Assembly (NCBI GenBank): GCA_963716725.1
Contig: CAVQUB010000013.1
Location: 96,001-160,000, forward strand
From: an uncultured delta proteobacterium
Lineage (GTDB): Bacteria > Myxococcota_A > Polyangia > Polyangiales > Polyangiaceae
DNA length: 64,000 bases
Direction: 5' to 3'
Part shown: positions 52,693 to 64,000 of the stretch, in pieces
Layout: each line of letters begins with the position of its first letter
Numbering within the stretch: the first letter of the stretch is position 1
Program-made: the position numbers and the translations under genes
The notes under the pieces: generated by a model
The model's database searches: none
The model's input: the letters and a program-made list of their open reading frames with translations, nothing else
What the model was told of the DNA's origin: nothing

Positions 52693-52959
52693 TCAGCGCA
52701 GTTGGCTGTCCTTGTTACCGCGCCGATTGAAGCTGCTCACCGCTCGGAAGTCGCCGTCCTCGGCTTCCTGGCACGCTACGCAGTTGCGCACTCCCGGCAG
52801 CGCCTTGCGTCGCGCTTCCGGAATCGTCTCTCCGCAGGCGCTGCACTCCCTGCGGCTTTCACCCGCCCCGAGCCGCCGGCGCGCCTGCTGCACCGCGTCG
52901 TCGACGCTCGCGTCAATCTGCTCTTGTACCGCCCCATCCCGGGCCCAGCCGCTCGCCAT
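52693..52959 (-). CDS. ybiI: DksA/TraR C4 zinc-finger protein, YbiI-like
   Basis: MASGWARDGAVQEQID...CSACGETIPEARRKALPGVRNCVACQ...FNRRGNKDSQLR. Confidence 0.92.
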   Translation of the reverse strand: MASGWARDGAVQEQIDASVDDAVQQARRRLGAGESRRECSACGETIPEARRKALPGVRNCVACQEAEDGDFRAVSSFNRRGNKDSQLR

Positions 52960-53226
52960 CTTCGTACTCCCTGAGTGCGCCCCTCTTGTCTGCGTCGTTC
53001 GAGGGGACACAATAGCACTCCGTGTCGGGGGTGCGCGGGTGCGCGGGCGCGCGGGGCTCTTCAGCGGCTTCGCCAGGGAGTTTTCGCCTCGGGATTCAGA
53101 GCGGCGCCTTCGCAGCTTCGTGCGCGCCCCAGCCCACCCCCGCTCGAACCGGACCACGGGATCGGGTATGCTTCACTTCTCATCGGTCCTCCGCCTCGAC
53201 TACCGAGCGGGGGTGGGATCCCCGCC

Positions 53227-54198
53227 ATGTCGAAGCGCCTTCCCTGCATCAGCACCCTGGTCGCGCTGGCGCTGGCCCTCGCGGGTGGACCTAGCTGCAG
53301 CTCCGAAGACGGCGGCGTGGCCGGGGGCGGAAAACCCGGCGCCGGCGGCTCGAGCGGAGGTGGTGGCAGCGGGGCGAGCTCCTCCAGCGGCGGCGGGCTC
53401 AACGTCGGTGGCGGCTCGAGCGGAGGCAGCGCGGGTGACGGCGGCCCGGCCACCGGCAACGAGGACACCTGCGACGGCATCGACAACGACAAGAACGGCA
53501 TCATCGACGACGTGGACAAGGGCAAGGACGGCATCTGCGACTGCCTGCGCATAGCCACGCTCGGAAACCCCGGAACGGTCGGGCAGCCCAACGTGTTCGA
53601 CGCCTGGCTCGCGACTCGCAGCACTTACGGCACTACCGCGCTGAAGGACCAGACTCTCACGGCGGACCTGCTGAAGGAGTTCCAGGTCATCGTCAGCCAG
53701 AACGTCAGCCTGAACCACGCCTACTCCGCCGCAGAGGTGAGCGCGCTGGGCGCTTGGATCAAGGCCGGTGGGGGCTTCATGACGTTGATCGGCTACGCCG
53801 ATCCGAGCGAGATCCAGAACGTGAACAAGCTGCTCGCGCCCCATGGCATGAGCTACGGTCCGGAGCAGATCCTGCAGAAGCAGGGAGCGAACACCGTGCC
53901 CGTCACCAACTGGGTGGCCCACCCGGTGACCAACGGCGTGACGATGATCGGCGTGGACAACGGCTACCCGGTCAACGGCGCAGGCCTGGTCCTGGCGACC
54001 GAGCAGAGCTGGAACCTGCTGCGCGCGCAGGAGGTCTCGGCGGGCAAGGTGCTGGTGTGGGGTGACGAATGGCTCACCTTCGACAGCGAGTGGAGCGGGC
54101 ACCCGGAGTACCAGGTGGAGCTGTTGTGGCTGAACGCCATCAAGTGGCTCACCCCCGCCAACAACTGCCAAGTCCCGATCCCCCCCAGCATCAAGTGA
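53227..54198 (+). CDS. Gly-rich lipoprotein with a CDGIDND motif and a GATase-like domain
   Basis: Signal peptide, EDTCDGIDNDKNGIIDD, WIKAGGGFMTL, HPVTNGV, GKVLVWGDEW. Confidence 0.7.
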   Translation: MSKRLPCISTLVALALALAGGPSCSSEDGGVAGGGKPGAGGSSGGGGSGASSSSGGGLNVGGGSSGGSAGDGGPATGNEDTCDGIDNDKNGIIDDVDKGKDGICDCLRIATLGNPGTVGQPNVFDAWLATRSTYGTTALKDQTLTADLLKEFQVIVSQNVSLNHAYSAAEVSALGAWIKAGGGFMTLIGYADPSEIQNVNKLLAPHGMSYGPEQILQKQGANTVPVTNWVAHPVTNGVTMIGVDNGYPVNGAGLVLATEQSWNLLRAQEVSAGKVLVWGDEWLTFDSEWSGHPEYQVELLWLNAIKWLTPANNCQVPIPPSIK

Positions 54199-54454
54199 TC
54201 TCAGGCCCGACGTTCGACTCGAGGCGGAGCGACCAAGGTGAGCGTGGCCAAAGACTGTTCGAGCTCAACGCCAACAAGGATGGCGCCGCTCGGACCCGCG
54301 ATGAATCGGTCGACCCCGTCGGCGCTTGCGTGGCTTCAGCGCCGGCGAGTTCGGCGAACGCGGTGAAGGCCACCACGGTCGTGTGCACCACCCGTCCCAC
54401 CGCACTCGTTTTCGTTGGTCAGTAGCGTATCGGTCGCGGGACCCTGCGCCCGGC

Positions 54455-55432
54455 TCAGGGCGTGGCCGGTGGGCCTACGGTGTAGCGCGCTGTGGCGAGG
54501 GTCTTTCCCGCTCGGGACACCTCGACGCGGTACTTGCCCGCCCGCCAGCCAGCCGTCGGCTTCTTGATGTTCGACCACAGAGTGACGTTTTCGAGGGGTG
54601 CGCTGGAGGACACTTTCAGCTCGGTATTTGCCGTCGCCATGACCTTGTCGGCACCGCCTTCGGCGATCCACTGGACCTGGTACTTGCTGTCTGCGCTCGG
54701 CACGTCCTTGCTGCGGTAGGACATCCGGATCTCCGGCGCGTCCTCGGGGAAGTGATCCGTGCGGTCCACGCACTGCTCGTTGACCAAGACGCGACAAGTG
54801 AAGGTGCCGAATGGCAACTCACCGGTCGGTCCGGCCACCTTCGTGAGCTTGGCACCGTCCACGGTCACGCTCCAGACGCCGTCGACCTCCTTCGGTTCTT
54901 CGTCGATCTTGAACGTGGTCTTGATTCCGACCAAGCTGACGTCGAAGGCATCGCGCCGGAACTCCTTGACCGAGGCGCCGGTCAAGGTCTTGTTCACCGC
55001 ACCGGACTTGCGCGTGTAGTCGACTCCACCTTTCTCGTCGATGCGCAGGTGCATGCCGTCGCCCTCCCAGGTGCCGACGAACTTGGCCTGGTATTCCTTG
55101 ATTGCGGTTGCGTTTGCGGCGGCGTGCTCCTGGTTGGCCGTTTCTACCTTGGCCTCGAGCTCCGCAATCTCCTTGTCCGCAGCGGTGTTGAGCGCGGTGA
55201 GGGCCTTGGCCCTTTCCGACTCGCCTGCGGGAAGCTTGTCGTGGGCCTCCTGGTACGCCTGCCGCTTGGCTTCCACGGTCGCCTTCATGGGCGGATGCGC
55301 CTTCTCGACCAGAGCGTCGTAGTCCTTGACGTTATTGCGATAGCCGGACTCGGCCATGCTCAGGTCGCCGCACGCGAGGAGCGCGGCCAGGAGCACCAGC
55401 AGCGAGATGCTGGGGAAACGCGGTTGAGCCAT
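54455..55432 (-). CDS. Hypothetical lipoprotein
   Basis: LLAC lipobox, helical N-part, beta-rich C-part. Confidence 0.75.
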   Translation of the reverse strand: MAQPRFPSISLLVLLAALLACGDLSMAESGYRNNVKDYDALVEKAHPPMKATVEAKRQAYQEAHDKLPAGESERAKALTALNTAADKEIAELEAKVETANQEHAAANATAIKEYQAKFVGTWEGDGMHLRIDEKGGVDYTRKSGAVNKTLTGASVKEFRRDAFDVSLVGIKTTFKIDEEPKEVDGVWSVTVDGAKLTKVAGPTGELPFGTFTCRVLVNEQCVDRTDHFPEDAPEIRMSYRSKDVPSADSKYQVQWIAEGGADKVMATANTELKVSSSAPLENVTLWSNIKKPTAGWRAGKYRVEVSRAGKTLATARYTVGPPATP

Positions 55433-55551
55433 CGGGGCACCCTAGCAGGGGTTGGGTCACCGATAGCGCGAAACCGGCGCGGCACGCCGGTCTCTCTCGA
55501 GGGCAGCCGGGGGTTCCGAGTCCGCGCCTCGTCCGGCCAGGAGCCTACCGC

Positions 55552-57270
55552 CTACCTGCGCGCGGCGGCGACGAGGGAATTCACGAGTTCGAGCAGGGCC
55601 TCCCTCGCAAAGGGCTTCTGGATGACGTGGTTGGGGACCCGAGACAGGTACTCGGTCGTTCGCTCGGTGAACACGCCGCCGGTCATGAAGACGACGTTCG
55701 CTGCCAACCGCGGCTGGGCCACCTGAAGCCAGGCATGCAGATCTGCGCCCGACACGTCCGGCATCATCAAGTCGCAGAGCACCAAGTCGAAGCTCGGATC
55801 GCGCGCCAGGAGTTCTTGTGCTTCGCGCCCCGAGCCGACCGCCACGACGTCGTGCGTGACTCGGAGCACGCGCTCGAAGATCCGACGGAGGCCTTCTTCG
55901 TCATCGACCACGAGCACACGCCCACGCTCGCAGGCCGCCGGCGCCGCACTCGGTGCTCGACGAACCGGCTGCGTCTCAGCGGCCGCCTTGGGCAAACAGA
56001 CGAGGAAACGCGAGCCCTCGCCGAGCACGCTCGTCACTTTGATGTCACCCCCCAGATCCCGGACAATGCGGCGCGAAATGCCCAGTCCGAGCCCGCTTCT
56101 CCGTAGCACCGACCCCGTGGTGAACAGCGGATCGAAGATCTTCTCCAGATCCTCGGCCGAGATCCCGCTGCCGGTGTCCGAGACCTCGCAGTAGACCTGA
56201 GCTTCGTGGGACCACGTCCGGAGCATGATGCGATTCTTGCTGAATGCGCCTTCTTGTATCGCTTGCGCCGCGTTCAGAAGGAGATTCAGAAAGACCTGGG
56301 TCAGCTCGCCCGCCGAGCCCCAAATCTTGGGAGTATCGCCGAGCTCTTTGACGACGGTGGCACGGTGGCGAGTCTCGTTGGCCACGAGTTGGATCGCGCG
56401 TTCGAGCACGACAGCCAAGTCGACTGATGACGGCTCGGCCCGGCCGGCTCCCGCGAGATCACCGAGCCCTCGCGCAACTTCGTGGATACGCTCGACTCCG
56501 TGCAGCGCGCTCTTCGCCAACTCGAGCGTCGTGCCGCCGCCAACTGGCTCACTCGTCTCGGAGCGCTCTAGCGCGTTGATTACGTCGTGCAGATTGGCCA
56601 GCACGTAGCTCAGCGGGTTGTTGATCTCGTGGGCGACCCCGGCTGCGATCTCGCCGATGCTCGCCATGGTCTCGGCCTGCGCGAGCGCGACCTGGAGCGC
56701 GCGAGCGTCGGTCACGTCGGTCAAGCCCAGGCGCAGCATCGACTGCTCGCCCGCGCTATCTCCGACCCTGGTCGAGTCGATGCGCACGGATCGACGCGTC
56801 TCATCCGCCCTCACCAGTCGCAGCTCGCAGGAATGGGACGCCCCGACCCCTGTCAGCGCCTGACGGTGCAAGTAAAACGTGTCTTGGTCTTCGGGAACGA
56901 TCCAGCGCGTGAGCAGTTGGCCGGTGACCGCCGGCAGCAAAGCTCCGAGCAGAGCCAGCGCCATCGAATTGGCGTCCACGATCCGGCCGCCCTGGTCCAG
57001 GGTCAGATAGGCAACCGGCGCTCGCTCGTAGAGATCCCGATAGCGCGCTTGCGATGTTTCCATCTCCAGCCGCGCACGCTGAAGCTCGTCGTTCTGCAGC
57101 TCGAGCTCGATCTGGTGGACCGAAAGCTCGTGAAACAGCGCTACCCTCGCGCCGGCTTCCTCTGGAAGCTCGGGCCTGACCCCCTGCTCGGCCAGGCGCG
57201 TCTCGGCCCGCCGACGCAGCTCGTCCGGCTCCCGCGGGCCGCTGCCCTTTTTCCCATCGGCCTGGCTCAC
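55552..57270 (-). CDS. PAS hybrid sensor histidine kinase
   Basis: HQIELELQNDEL, PAS, AHEINNP H-box, QVFLNLLLNA, DTGSG, receiver VDDE/CDLMMP/QKPF. Confidence 0.92.
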   Translation of the reverse strand: MSQADGKKGSGPREPDELRRRAETRLAEQGVRPELPEEAGARVALFHELSVHQIELELQNDELQRARLEMETSQARYRDLYERAPVAYLTLDQGGRIVDANSMALALLGALLPAVTGQLLTRWIVPEDQDTFYLHRQALTGVGASHSCELRLVRADETRRSVRIDSTRVGDSAGEQSMLRLGLTDVTDARALQVALAQAETMASIGEIAAGVAHEINNPLSYVLANLHDVINALERSETSEPVGGGTTLELAKSALHGVERIHEVARGLGDLAGAGRAEPSSVDLAVVLERAIQLVANETRHRATVVKELGDTPKIWGSAGELTQVFLNLLLNAAQAIQEGAFSKNRIMLRTWSHEAQVYCEVSDTGSGISAEDLEKIFDPLFTTGSVLRRSGLGLGISRRIVRDLGGDIKVTSVLGEGSRFLVCLPKAAAETQPVRRAPSAAPAACERGRVLVVDDEEGLRRIFERVLRVTHDVVAVGSGREAQELLARDPSFDLVLCDLMMPDVSGADLHAWLQVAQPRLAANVVFMTGGVFTERTTEYLSRVPNHVIQKPFAREALLELVNSLVAAARR

Positions 57271-60200
57271 CCCGTCCCCCTAGCCTCGTGCCCCACGCTT
57301 GCTCGCTCGATCACGACCGACACGCAACTCAAGCCGACAATGTTGCCCACCGCGTCGTGCAGCGGGCGCACGTGCAGCGCGTGCCGCCGGGGTACGCCGT
57401 GGATGGTCGTCTGAAGCTCTGCAAAGATTGGCTGCCCGGTGTCGAGTACCGCCGTCTTGAGTTGGCTCAGGCCAACGGCTGGCTCGGCGCCGAGTATGTC
57501 CGCGTCTGTCTTGCCCAGCACTTGCTCCGTTCCGAGCGAGGGGACCGGGTTGACCGACCAGGTGTAGCGGAGGTCTCGGTCCTGGGTGAAGAGCGAGGTC
57601 GTGGACTCGAAGAGTGCAGCCCGCGTGCGCTCTTCGCTCTCGACCAGCGCTTGCTCGGCCTGTTTTCGCTCGACGATGTCCGAAGCCTGGCGCCCCACGA
57701 GCTCCAAGAGGCGCAGCGTCGCGTCCGTCGGGCGGTGTGGAGAGTCGAAAAACGCAGTCAGATTTCCCAGTGGCGCGCCCGAGCGGCGTGCCAGCGACAG
57801 GTCGACGAAAGCACGCACCCCCTCCGGAAGCCGCGTGTCCGAACCGAAGCTGTCGGCCGAAGCGGCCAGCTGGCTCGAATCTTCGACAACCACGGTCCCC
57901 GAAGCTCCCGGCGAGGTGCGGGCGAACCCTGGCATTTCGCCAGCGCCCTTCCCGTCGAGCCACCTCGTCGACAGTCCACGTTGCATGACGAGACTCAGCT
58001 CGCCCAAGGAGTCGATGAGCTGAATGCAGCCACGCTTCGTGCCCAAAATCGCAAGGGCGGCATCGAGCACTTCCTTCAAGAACTCCGGAACCGCGTCACC
58101 GCGCGCCGGAAGTGCTGCGACCTTCAGGAGCCCCGTCAGAGCCGCGACCTGCGCGGCCAGCGCGCCCTGGCTCGCCTGCAACTCCTCCGCACGGCGGCGC
58201 GCGGTGACGTCGACGAAGGTCACGACCGCTCCCTCGATCACGTTCTCCAAGGTTCGATACGGGCGGATCTTCATCAGGTACCACGCGCCGTCCAGCGCCT
58301 GGACCTGCCGCTCCCTCGGCACCAGATCGGCGAGCACGCCGCTCACGTCTTCGACCAAGCCGTCGTAGCCCATCAGGTTGGAAGCGATGTGAGATACGGG
58401 TCGGCCGACATCGGTCGGGATCAGATTGATGACCTCGGTTGCCGCTGGGGTGAACCTGGCGATCCGGAGGTCGTGGTCGACGAACAACGTGCCGACACCA
58501 GTGCCGGCCAATAGGTTGTTCATGTCGTTGTTGGCTCGGGAGAGATCGGTCACCTTGGTCTGAAGCTCCGCGTTGACGGTGGCCAGCTCTTCGTTGACCG
58601 ACTGCAGTTCTTCCTTCGAGGTTTCCATTTCCTCGTTGGTGGACTGCAGCTCCTCGTTCATGGACTGCATTTCCTCGTTGACGGACTTGAGCTCCTCGCT
58701 CGAGGTCTCCATTTCTTCGAGAGTGGTCTGTACGTACTGTTCCTTCGCGCGTAGCTCTCGTTCGAGCTCGATGATGCGGGCTCGGGCCGCCTGGTCGCCC
58801 CCGAGGTCGCCGTCCGCGTTGGCCGCTCCGGCCACGAGAGCGGGCTCCTCCGGGCGCGTCTCGAACACGACCAAATACGCGTCGGCAGCCGCTCCCTCCC
58901 CCGGATCGGCGGGCAACACCGTCAGATCGAGCGTCACGAAGTCGCCGTTGGTCCGCACCCGGATCCCCCGGTGACTGACCGGCGTCTTTCCAGCGACCGC
59001 CCGGTGCAGCGCTGTCGTGAGCTCGCGGCGTAGCCCCTCGCGCGCCATCGGCAAGATGTTGACCGCCGCATCGCCGGGAGCCGGCTCCAGGTACCTCCCG
59101 GTGCGCCCGTGGATGTAGGAGATTTCGCCGCGCGAGTTGACCAGCACCGCGCTCGAGGCGTGATAGCTCAACAACACCCGCTCGGTCAGCGCGCGCTGAT
59201 GGCCCTTGCCGTCTCGGTGGCCCGCCGTCGCACTCTCCGCCGCCTGCGCGCGAGCGAGCGGCAGCATGTCGCGGTGGAAAGCGGTGCGGAGCACACCCGC
59301 CGCGTCCGGCAGGCGGCGGTAGATCCTCCACTTTCGGTCGAGAGCCGCGAACAAGGTCGATGCCTCGCCGACCGTCTCCGACGAGCCGAGGAACAACACC
59401 CCGTCGTGCCTAAGAGCATAGTGAAAGATCTGAAATAGCCGGTTCTTCAGGGGTCCGGTCAGATAGATGAGCAGATTGCGGCACACGAGCAGGTCCAACT
59501 TCGAAAACGGCGGGTCCTTGCCCACGTCGTGCTCGGAGAACACGACCAGGTCGCGGATGGATCTTCCGGACCCGAAACGTGCCGTCCGGGTCCTGGTCGA
59601 AGAAACGCGCCAGGCGCTCCGGCGAGACGTCGGTAGCGATGTTGGCGGGATAGACGCCTGCGCGAGCGGTTTCGATCGCGTGCTTGGAGATGTCGGTCGC
59701 AAAGATCTGGACCTTGGCAGCGCTCTCGCGCCGTTCCAGCTGTTCGTGCCACATCATGGCGATCGAGTACGCCTCCTCGCCGGTCGAGCAGCCGCAGACC
59801 CAGACCCGGAAGGTCCCGCCCGGCGGGTCAGCGCCGAGAAGGGCCGGAAACGCGATCTGCTCGAGGGCCGCGAATGCCTCGGGATCCCGGAAGTAATTGG
59901 TGACGCCGATCAGGAGGTCGCGAAAGAGCGCGTCCAGCTCGGAGGGATCGCTCTGCAGCACGTGCACGTATTCGGCGGCGCGCTCGATCTGTTTGATCGC
60001 CATCCTCCGCTCCACCCGCCGGGCGAGCGTGCTCGACTTGTACTGCGAGAAGTCGTGTCCGGTCCTGGTGCGAAGCAGGACGCACGCCTTCTTGACGATG
60101 TCCTCGCTGCCGGACTTCGCTTCTGCGACCGCTACGGCGTGTCTGCCAAAGCGCGACGCACGTACTCGACGAGCTGCGCGGGCATCTCCGCCGGGGTGAG

Positions 60201-60932
60201 CACGTAGTCCACGAGACCGGTGGCGATGGCGCTCCGAGGCATGCCGTCGTACTCGGTCGACTCGGGGGTCTGCGCCATGGCCATGCCGCCCTCGCCCTTG
60301 ATTTCCCTCACCCCCAGCGTGCCGTCGCTGCCCGTGCCCGACAGCACGATGCAGATGGCGCGTTCGCGCTGGTCCATGGCCAAGGTGCGAAAGAAGAAGT
60401 CGACGGGGAGCCGCCTCCCCCGGGGCGCCGTCGGCTCGAGCAGCTGAAGGGTACCGGCGACCAGAGCCATGTCGCGGTTGGGCGGGATGATGTATGCGCA
60501 GCCCGATTCCACACGCATTCCGTCGGTGACCTCGCGCACCGGCATACGAGTGTAGCGGCGGACGAGCTCGGACAAGATGCTCTCGTGGTCCGGCGAGAGG
60601 TGCTGCACGAATACAAACGCCATGCCGATCTCGGAGTCGACCGGCATCGCGGAAAGGAACTGCTCAAAGGCCGCCAGCCCGCCGGCAGAGGCGCCGATGC
60701 CGACGACGGGGAACGCGGCTACCGCCGGGCCCACGGCGGACGTGAGCGCGCCGGGGGGAGCACCGTCAGCCTCTCTTGGTTCCGCGTCACAGTCGTCCAA
60801 CGAAATCCCCCCTTTCGCGAGACAAGTTGCGTAGACGCGCAAGCGCCGGAGTGCAACCGCGTCGCGCAACCGCGCGCAAGAGTAGCCCCGCGAGGAAACC
60901 CGGGCAACCACGCGGTCTTCCTGCGCTTCCAC
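57267..60932 (-). CDS. CheB/CheR fusion with PAS and GAF domains; two single-base frameshifts (~60149, ~59562); start uncertain
   Basis: [17 protein letters not shown] (CheB); [25 protein letters not shown] (CheR); EELQSTNEE coiled coil. Confidence 0.88.
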
Positions 60933-60978
60933 TGAAGCGAAACTTCTGGGGAGGCCTCCGGGTGCTACGACTCACAGC

Positions 60979-61929
60979 ATGTTGCGGCGGACCTCACTGG
61001 CGCTCCTGCTCGCCTCGATGCTCGGCGGCTGCTCGTCCAACTCCGACGAGTCATCATCCGGTGACTCCAGCCCACAACTGGTGGCGGAAGGCGTCCACTT
61101 CAGCCTCTACGCGCTCGCCGGAGAATCCGTCTTCTGGGTGACGTGCTCCGACACCTGCGAGTTGAAGGTCACTCCCAAGGCCGGGGGTGTAACCAAGACT
61201 TTGGACTCGGAGCCAGAAATAGTCGCCGTGACGGGCGACGCAACGAGCGCGTACTACCTCGTATCAAAACCGACGACGACCGAAGTTCGGATGGTACCCA
61301 TCACCGGTGGCTCACCCGTGATAGCCGCAACGGTTGATGGTCACCCCTCGCACCTGGCCGTGACGGGGGCCTACGTCTACGCCGACGAGTGGAGGATCCC
61401 CAAGGCTGGGGGCACCGCCGAGCAGCAGCCGTCGATGTGTTCGGTATGGGCGTTGGTTGCGGACGGCGCCGCCGCCTACGCCATCGCGGGGACCACTGAT
61501 GCCAGTGGCTGCGAAGTGAACCATTCCGTCTTTGCGCTCGGTGCCGCGGCACCGACACTGCTGGCGGAATTCGCGCAGAGCGACCTGCTGGCGCTCAACG
61601 CGGGCTACGTCTACGGTGCGGCATACGACGGCGTCACGCTCCTCCGAGCGCCGCGTGCCGGCGGGGGTGCGGAGCACCTGCCGGTCACGAAACTGCAAGG
61701 GGTTCCGGTCGGTCTTGCCGCGGACGAGAAGTGGGTCTACTTCGCCAACGCCACGTTGGACGATCCGACCATCGCACGCGTTTCGGCCGCCCAAGGAGGC
61801 GCCATGAAAGCGCTCGTGCACGCTCCGGTGCACGACGTGAGCGTGGACGAGACTCACGTCTACTACCTGGGCGAGTACCTGGGACCCAAACAACATTCGT
61901 GGACGCTCTTCCGGATCCCGAAGTCTTGA
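60979..61929 (+). CDS. Beta-propeller lipoprotein
   Basis: LGGC lipobox; repeats such as PKAGG, LAADEKWVYF, VDETHVYY. Confidence 0.75.
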   Translation: MLRRTSLALLLASMLGGCSSNSDESSSGDSSPQLVAEGVHFSLYALAGESVFWVTCSDTCELKVTPKAGGVTKTLDSEPEIVAVTGDATSAYYLVSKPTTTEVRMVPITGGSPVIAATVDGHPSHLAVTGAYVYADEWRIPKAGGTAEQQPSMCSVWALVADGAAAYAIAGTTDASGCEVNHSVFALGAAAPTLLAEFAQSDLLALNAGYVYGAAYDGVTLLRAPRAGGGAEHLPVTKLQGVPVGLAADEKWVYFANATLDDPTIARVSAAQGGAMKALVHAPVHDVSVDETHVYYLGEYLGPKQHSWTLFRIPKS

Positions 61930-62031
61930 GCGAACCGTAGCGTCCACGGAGAGTGCGAGCGCGTTCACCGCTCGCGGGCCGGTTCGCACCCAAGCTGAGC
62001 GTTCTTCGGCCGAGCCGAGCGGCGAACAGAG

Positions 62032-63096
62032 TCAGTCGTCGTCGGGCAGATCGCCCGGTTCGTCCACCCCAGGCGGAGGCCCGCTACCCGGACTGCGCAT
62101 CCGCCGCGGACCTCGCGGGCCGCTGCCACGACCGCCTCGCGGTCCGTCGTCCACGGTGGCCGCGAGCTTGTCGCGCTGCTCGGGCTTGAGCACGCCCAGG
62201 AGCGCGTTCAGGTACTCGGCCTTCTTCTTCGCCATCTCCCGGTGGCGCTTCGCGTCGGCCCCGAACTCGAGCTTCGCCGCGCTGAAGGTGTCCTTTTCGA
62301 AGGCGGCGAGGAGCGCGTCCATCCGCTTCTTCATTTCTTCACGGGCATCGCCGCCCTTGTTACCTGCGCGACCGAGGTCGTGTTTCATCAAGATCGGCTC
62401 GACCTTTTTCTGCTGGTCCGCGTCCAGACCCAGCTCGCCTGAGAGGCGTTCCAAGCGGCGCTTGGCGCGCTCCGCGTCCCCGGCTTTGCCGTCCTTGCCG
62501 TCCTTGCCGTCCTTGCCGTCCTTGTCGTCCTTGTCCTGACCGCCGCGCTCCTTGAAGCGCCCCCCGCGATCCGCCTCGTGCTTCTTCACCGCCTCGACCA
62601 GCGCCTTGCGCTGCGCGGCGTCGAGCTCTTTGTGAAGCCCATCGAGCGCCTTCACTTCGGCGTCCTTGCGCTCGGCAGCAGCCTTGTCCAGCGCCGTCAA
62701 CGTGGGCTCGAGCTTGGCCAACTCCACTTTGCCGGCCTTCACGCCTTCGGTGAACGCCGCCTGCAGCGCCCGCTGGGACTCCGGATCGCTGGGCCCGCGC
62801 TCGCCCAGGGCCTCGCCGAGCTTGTCGATGCTGGCCTTCTTGTCCGCGGGGAGCTCGAGTTCGGAGGCCGCGGCGAACATCGGCCCGGCCAGACCACTGC
62901 GTGGCCGGCGCGGCTTGCGCGCGGGCTCGCTGCTGGCGGTCGGCGCTGCCGACGCGCTCGGCACGGGCTCGACCTTTGGTGTCGCGACGGGCATCGACGC
63001 CCCAGTGGTCGCAGGAGCCGAGGCGCTCGGCGAATTGTCGCAAGCGACAGCGGTGAGGAGCAGGGTCGAGTAGAGAACGGACTTGCTGAATGCCAT
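62032..63096 (-). CDS. Spy/CpxP-like helical lipoprotein
   Basis: AVAC lipobox; ELDAAQR, LGLDADQQKK, VLKPEQRDKL motifs; (KDG)n repeat. Confidence 0.7.
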   Translation of the reverse strand: MAFSKSVLYSTLLLTAVACDNSPSASAPATTGASMPVATPKVEPVPSASAAPTASSEPARKPRRPRSGLAGPMFAAASELELPADKKASIDKLGEALGERGPSDPESQRALQAAFTEGVKAGKVELAKLEPTLTALDKAAAERKDAEVKALDGLHKELDAAQRKALVEAVKKHEADRGGRFKERGGQDKDDKDGKDGKDGKDGKAGDAERAKRRLERLSGELGLDADQQKKVEPILMKHDLGRAGNKGGDAREEMKKRMDALLAAFEKDTFSAAKLEFGADAKRHREMAKKKAEYLNALLGVLKPEQRDKLAATVDDGPRGGRGSGPRGPRRMRSPGSGPPPGVDEPGDLPDDD

Positions 63097-63323
63097 CGAA
63101 ATCACCTCCGTGACGGCGCGGACCTTAATATGAAGCGGGACGCGGGGAAACTCGTTCGGCGCTTCGCCGGCGCCGGCGTCAGGCGCTCTGCTTCTTGTTC
63201 TGCCTGCTAGCCTTGCCGGCCCTGCGACCGTTGCGAACGATCCTGCGACCTTGGCTTGCTCGGCTGGCGTCAGAAACCTCGCGATGTCCGCCTTCTGGCG
63301 CGCGGCCGCCGAGATCGCGGCTC

Positions 63324-64000
63324 TCAATCCGCGCAGCAGCGGAACCCGCGGGACTGCTCGCGACTCATGCGTGTGAACTTGGCTTGCGCTGCGCACGCGA
63401 GTTCGGCGGGCTTCGACAAGTAGTGTCCGCCCCGGGCATAACACTCGTTGCTGACGTTGCACGAGTCCTCCCACTCGGAGGCGTTGCCGCTCATATCGTA
63501 CAATCCCGAGTATCCACCCTGGCAACTCGTCACGCTGCCCGCGGCCTGCTGCACCAAGAAGTTGCTGTTGTCGAGCCCCACGCAGGCGAAGTTGGACGGA
63601 ACCGGGCCGTAGGGATAGGGGAGTGCGCCGTTCTTGGTGCAAGCAAAGTGCCACTCGCTCTGGGCGGGATCGGTGTTCGATTTCGGCTCGACCGGTCCAC
63701 CGCCGATTTTTCCGCAAAGCCGCTTGCCCACGCCCTTGCAGTAGGCGTGCGCGTCGCACCAATCGACGCAAACCACCGGACGGTTGGGGTAGTTGACCGC
63801 GTTGTAGCCACAGGTTGGCAGATAGCTCGAGTTGCTGGGGCAACCGGCGGGTTGACCCGTTGTCGCGGGATTTGTTCCCAGCCAGGCTGCGTACTGCTTC
63901 TGCGTCACCTCGGTCACGTCGATGCACGTCGTCTTGGTTGGGCCCGGCACGAGCAGCATGTCGGCGGTGCCCGGGATGGACGGGCAAGTCGGCGCGCCGC
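63324..64000 (-). CDS. FGE-sulfatase-domain protein (5' end outside the window)
   Basis: CIDVTEVTQKQY, PVVCVDWCDAHAYC, LYDMSGNASEWED, RGG...GFRCC. Confidence 0.85.
   Translation of the reverse strand, partial: GAPTCPSIPGTADMLLVPGPTKTTCIDVTEVTQKQYAAWLGTNPATTGQPAGCPSNSSYLPTCGYNAVNYPNRPVVCVDWCDAHAYCKGVGKRLCGKIGGGPVEPKSNTDPAQSEWHFACTKNGALPYPYGPVPSNFACVGLDNSNFLVQQAAGSVTSCQGGYSGLYDMSGNASEWEDSCNVSNECYARGGHYLSKPAELACAAQAKFTRMSREQSRGFRCCAD

Noticed and set aside
62488..62537. 9-bp tandem repeat as a phase switch
   Set aside because: The unit is a multiple of three (KDG linker), so it cannot shift frame.

Overview
High-GC, myxobacterium-like (Polyangiaceae-type lipoproteins and Cys-rich repeats) accessory region, heavily invaded by mobile DNA. 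From left to right: (1) the 5' half of a class-IIC-like group II intron (minus strand) inserted at the foot of a repeated hairpin; (2) a polymorphic toxin locus made of a ~2850-aa lipid-anchored teneurin-like/YD-RHS gene (one homopolymer frameshift), membrane immunity candidates and orphan RHS tips; (3) an ISCR/IS91-type rolling-circle element present as two full copies plus two 1180-bp tandem partial units that carry a captured 63-bp gene fragment; (4) between the full copies, a gluzincin-type lipoprotein gene followed by five cassettes in which a variable peptidase C-terminal tip is paired with a variant FGE/CLec-fold lipoprotein, the best candidate here for an undescribed polymorphic lock-and-key system; (5) a giant trypsin/FG-GAP/RCC1/NHL gene that a (GCAGCAC)5 repeat puts out of frame with its ATG; (6) nested IS relics with tiny in-frame insertions, a TG..CA three-gene transposon and three toxin-antitoxin modules; (7) ordinary lipoproteins, a ybiI-like gene, a CheB/CheR-PAS kinase pair and a further FGE gene. 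Several single-base frameshifts may be sequencing errors. All family calls come from motif recognition by eye; no database search was run.
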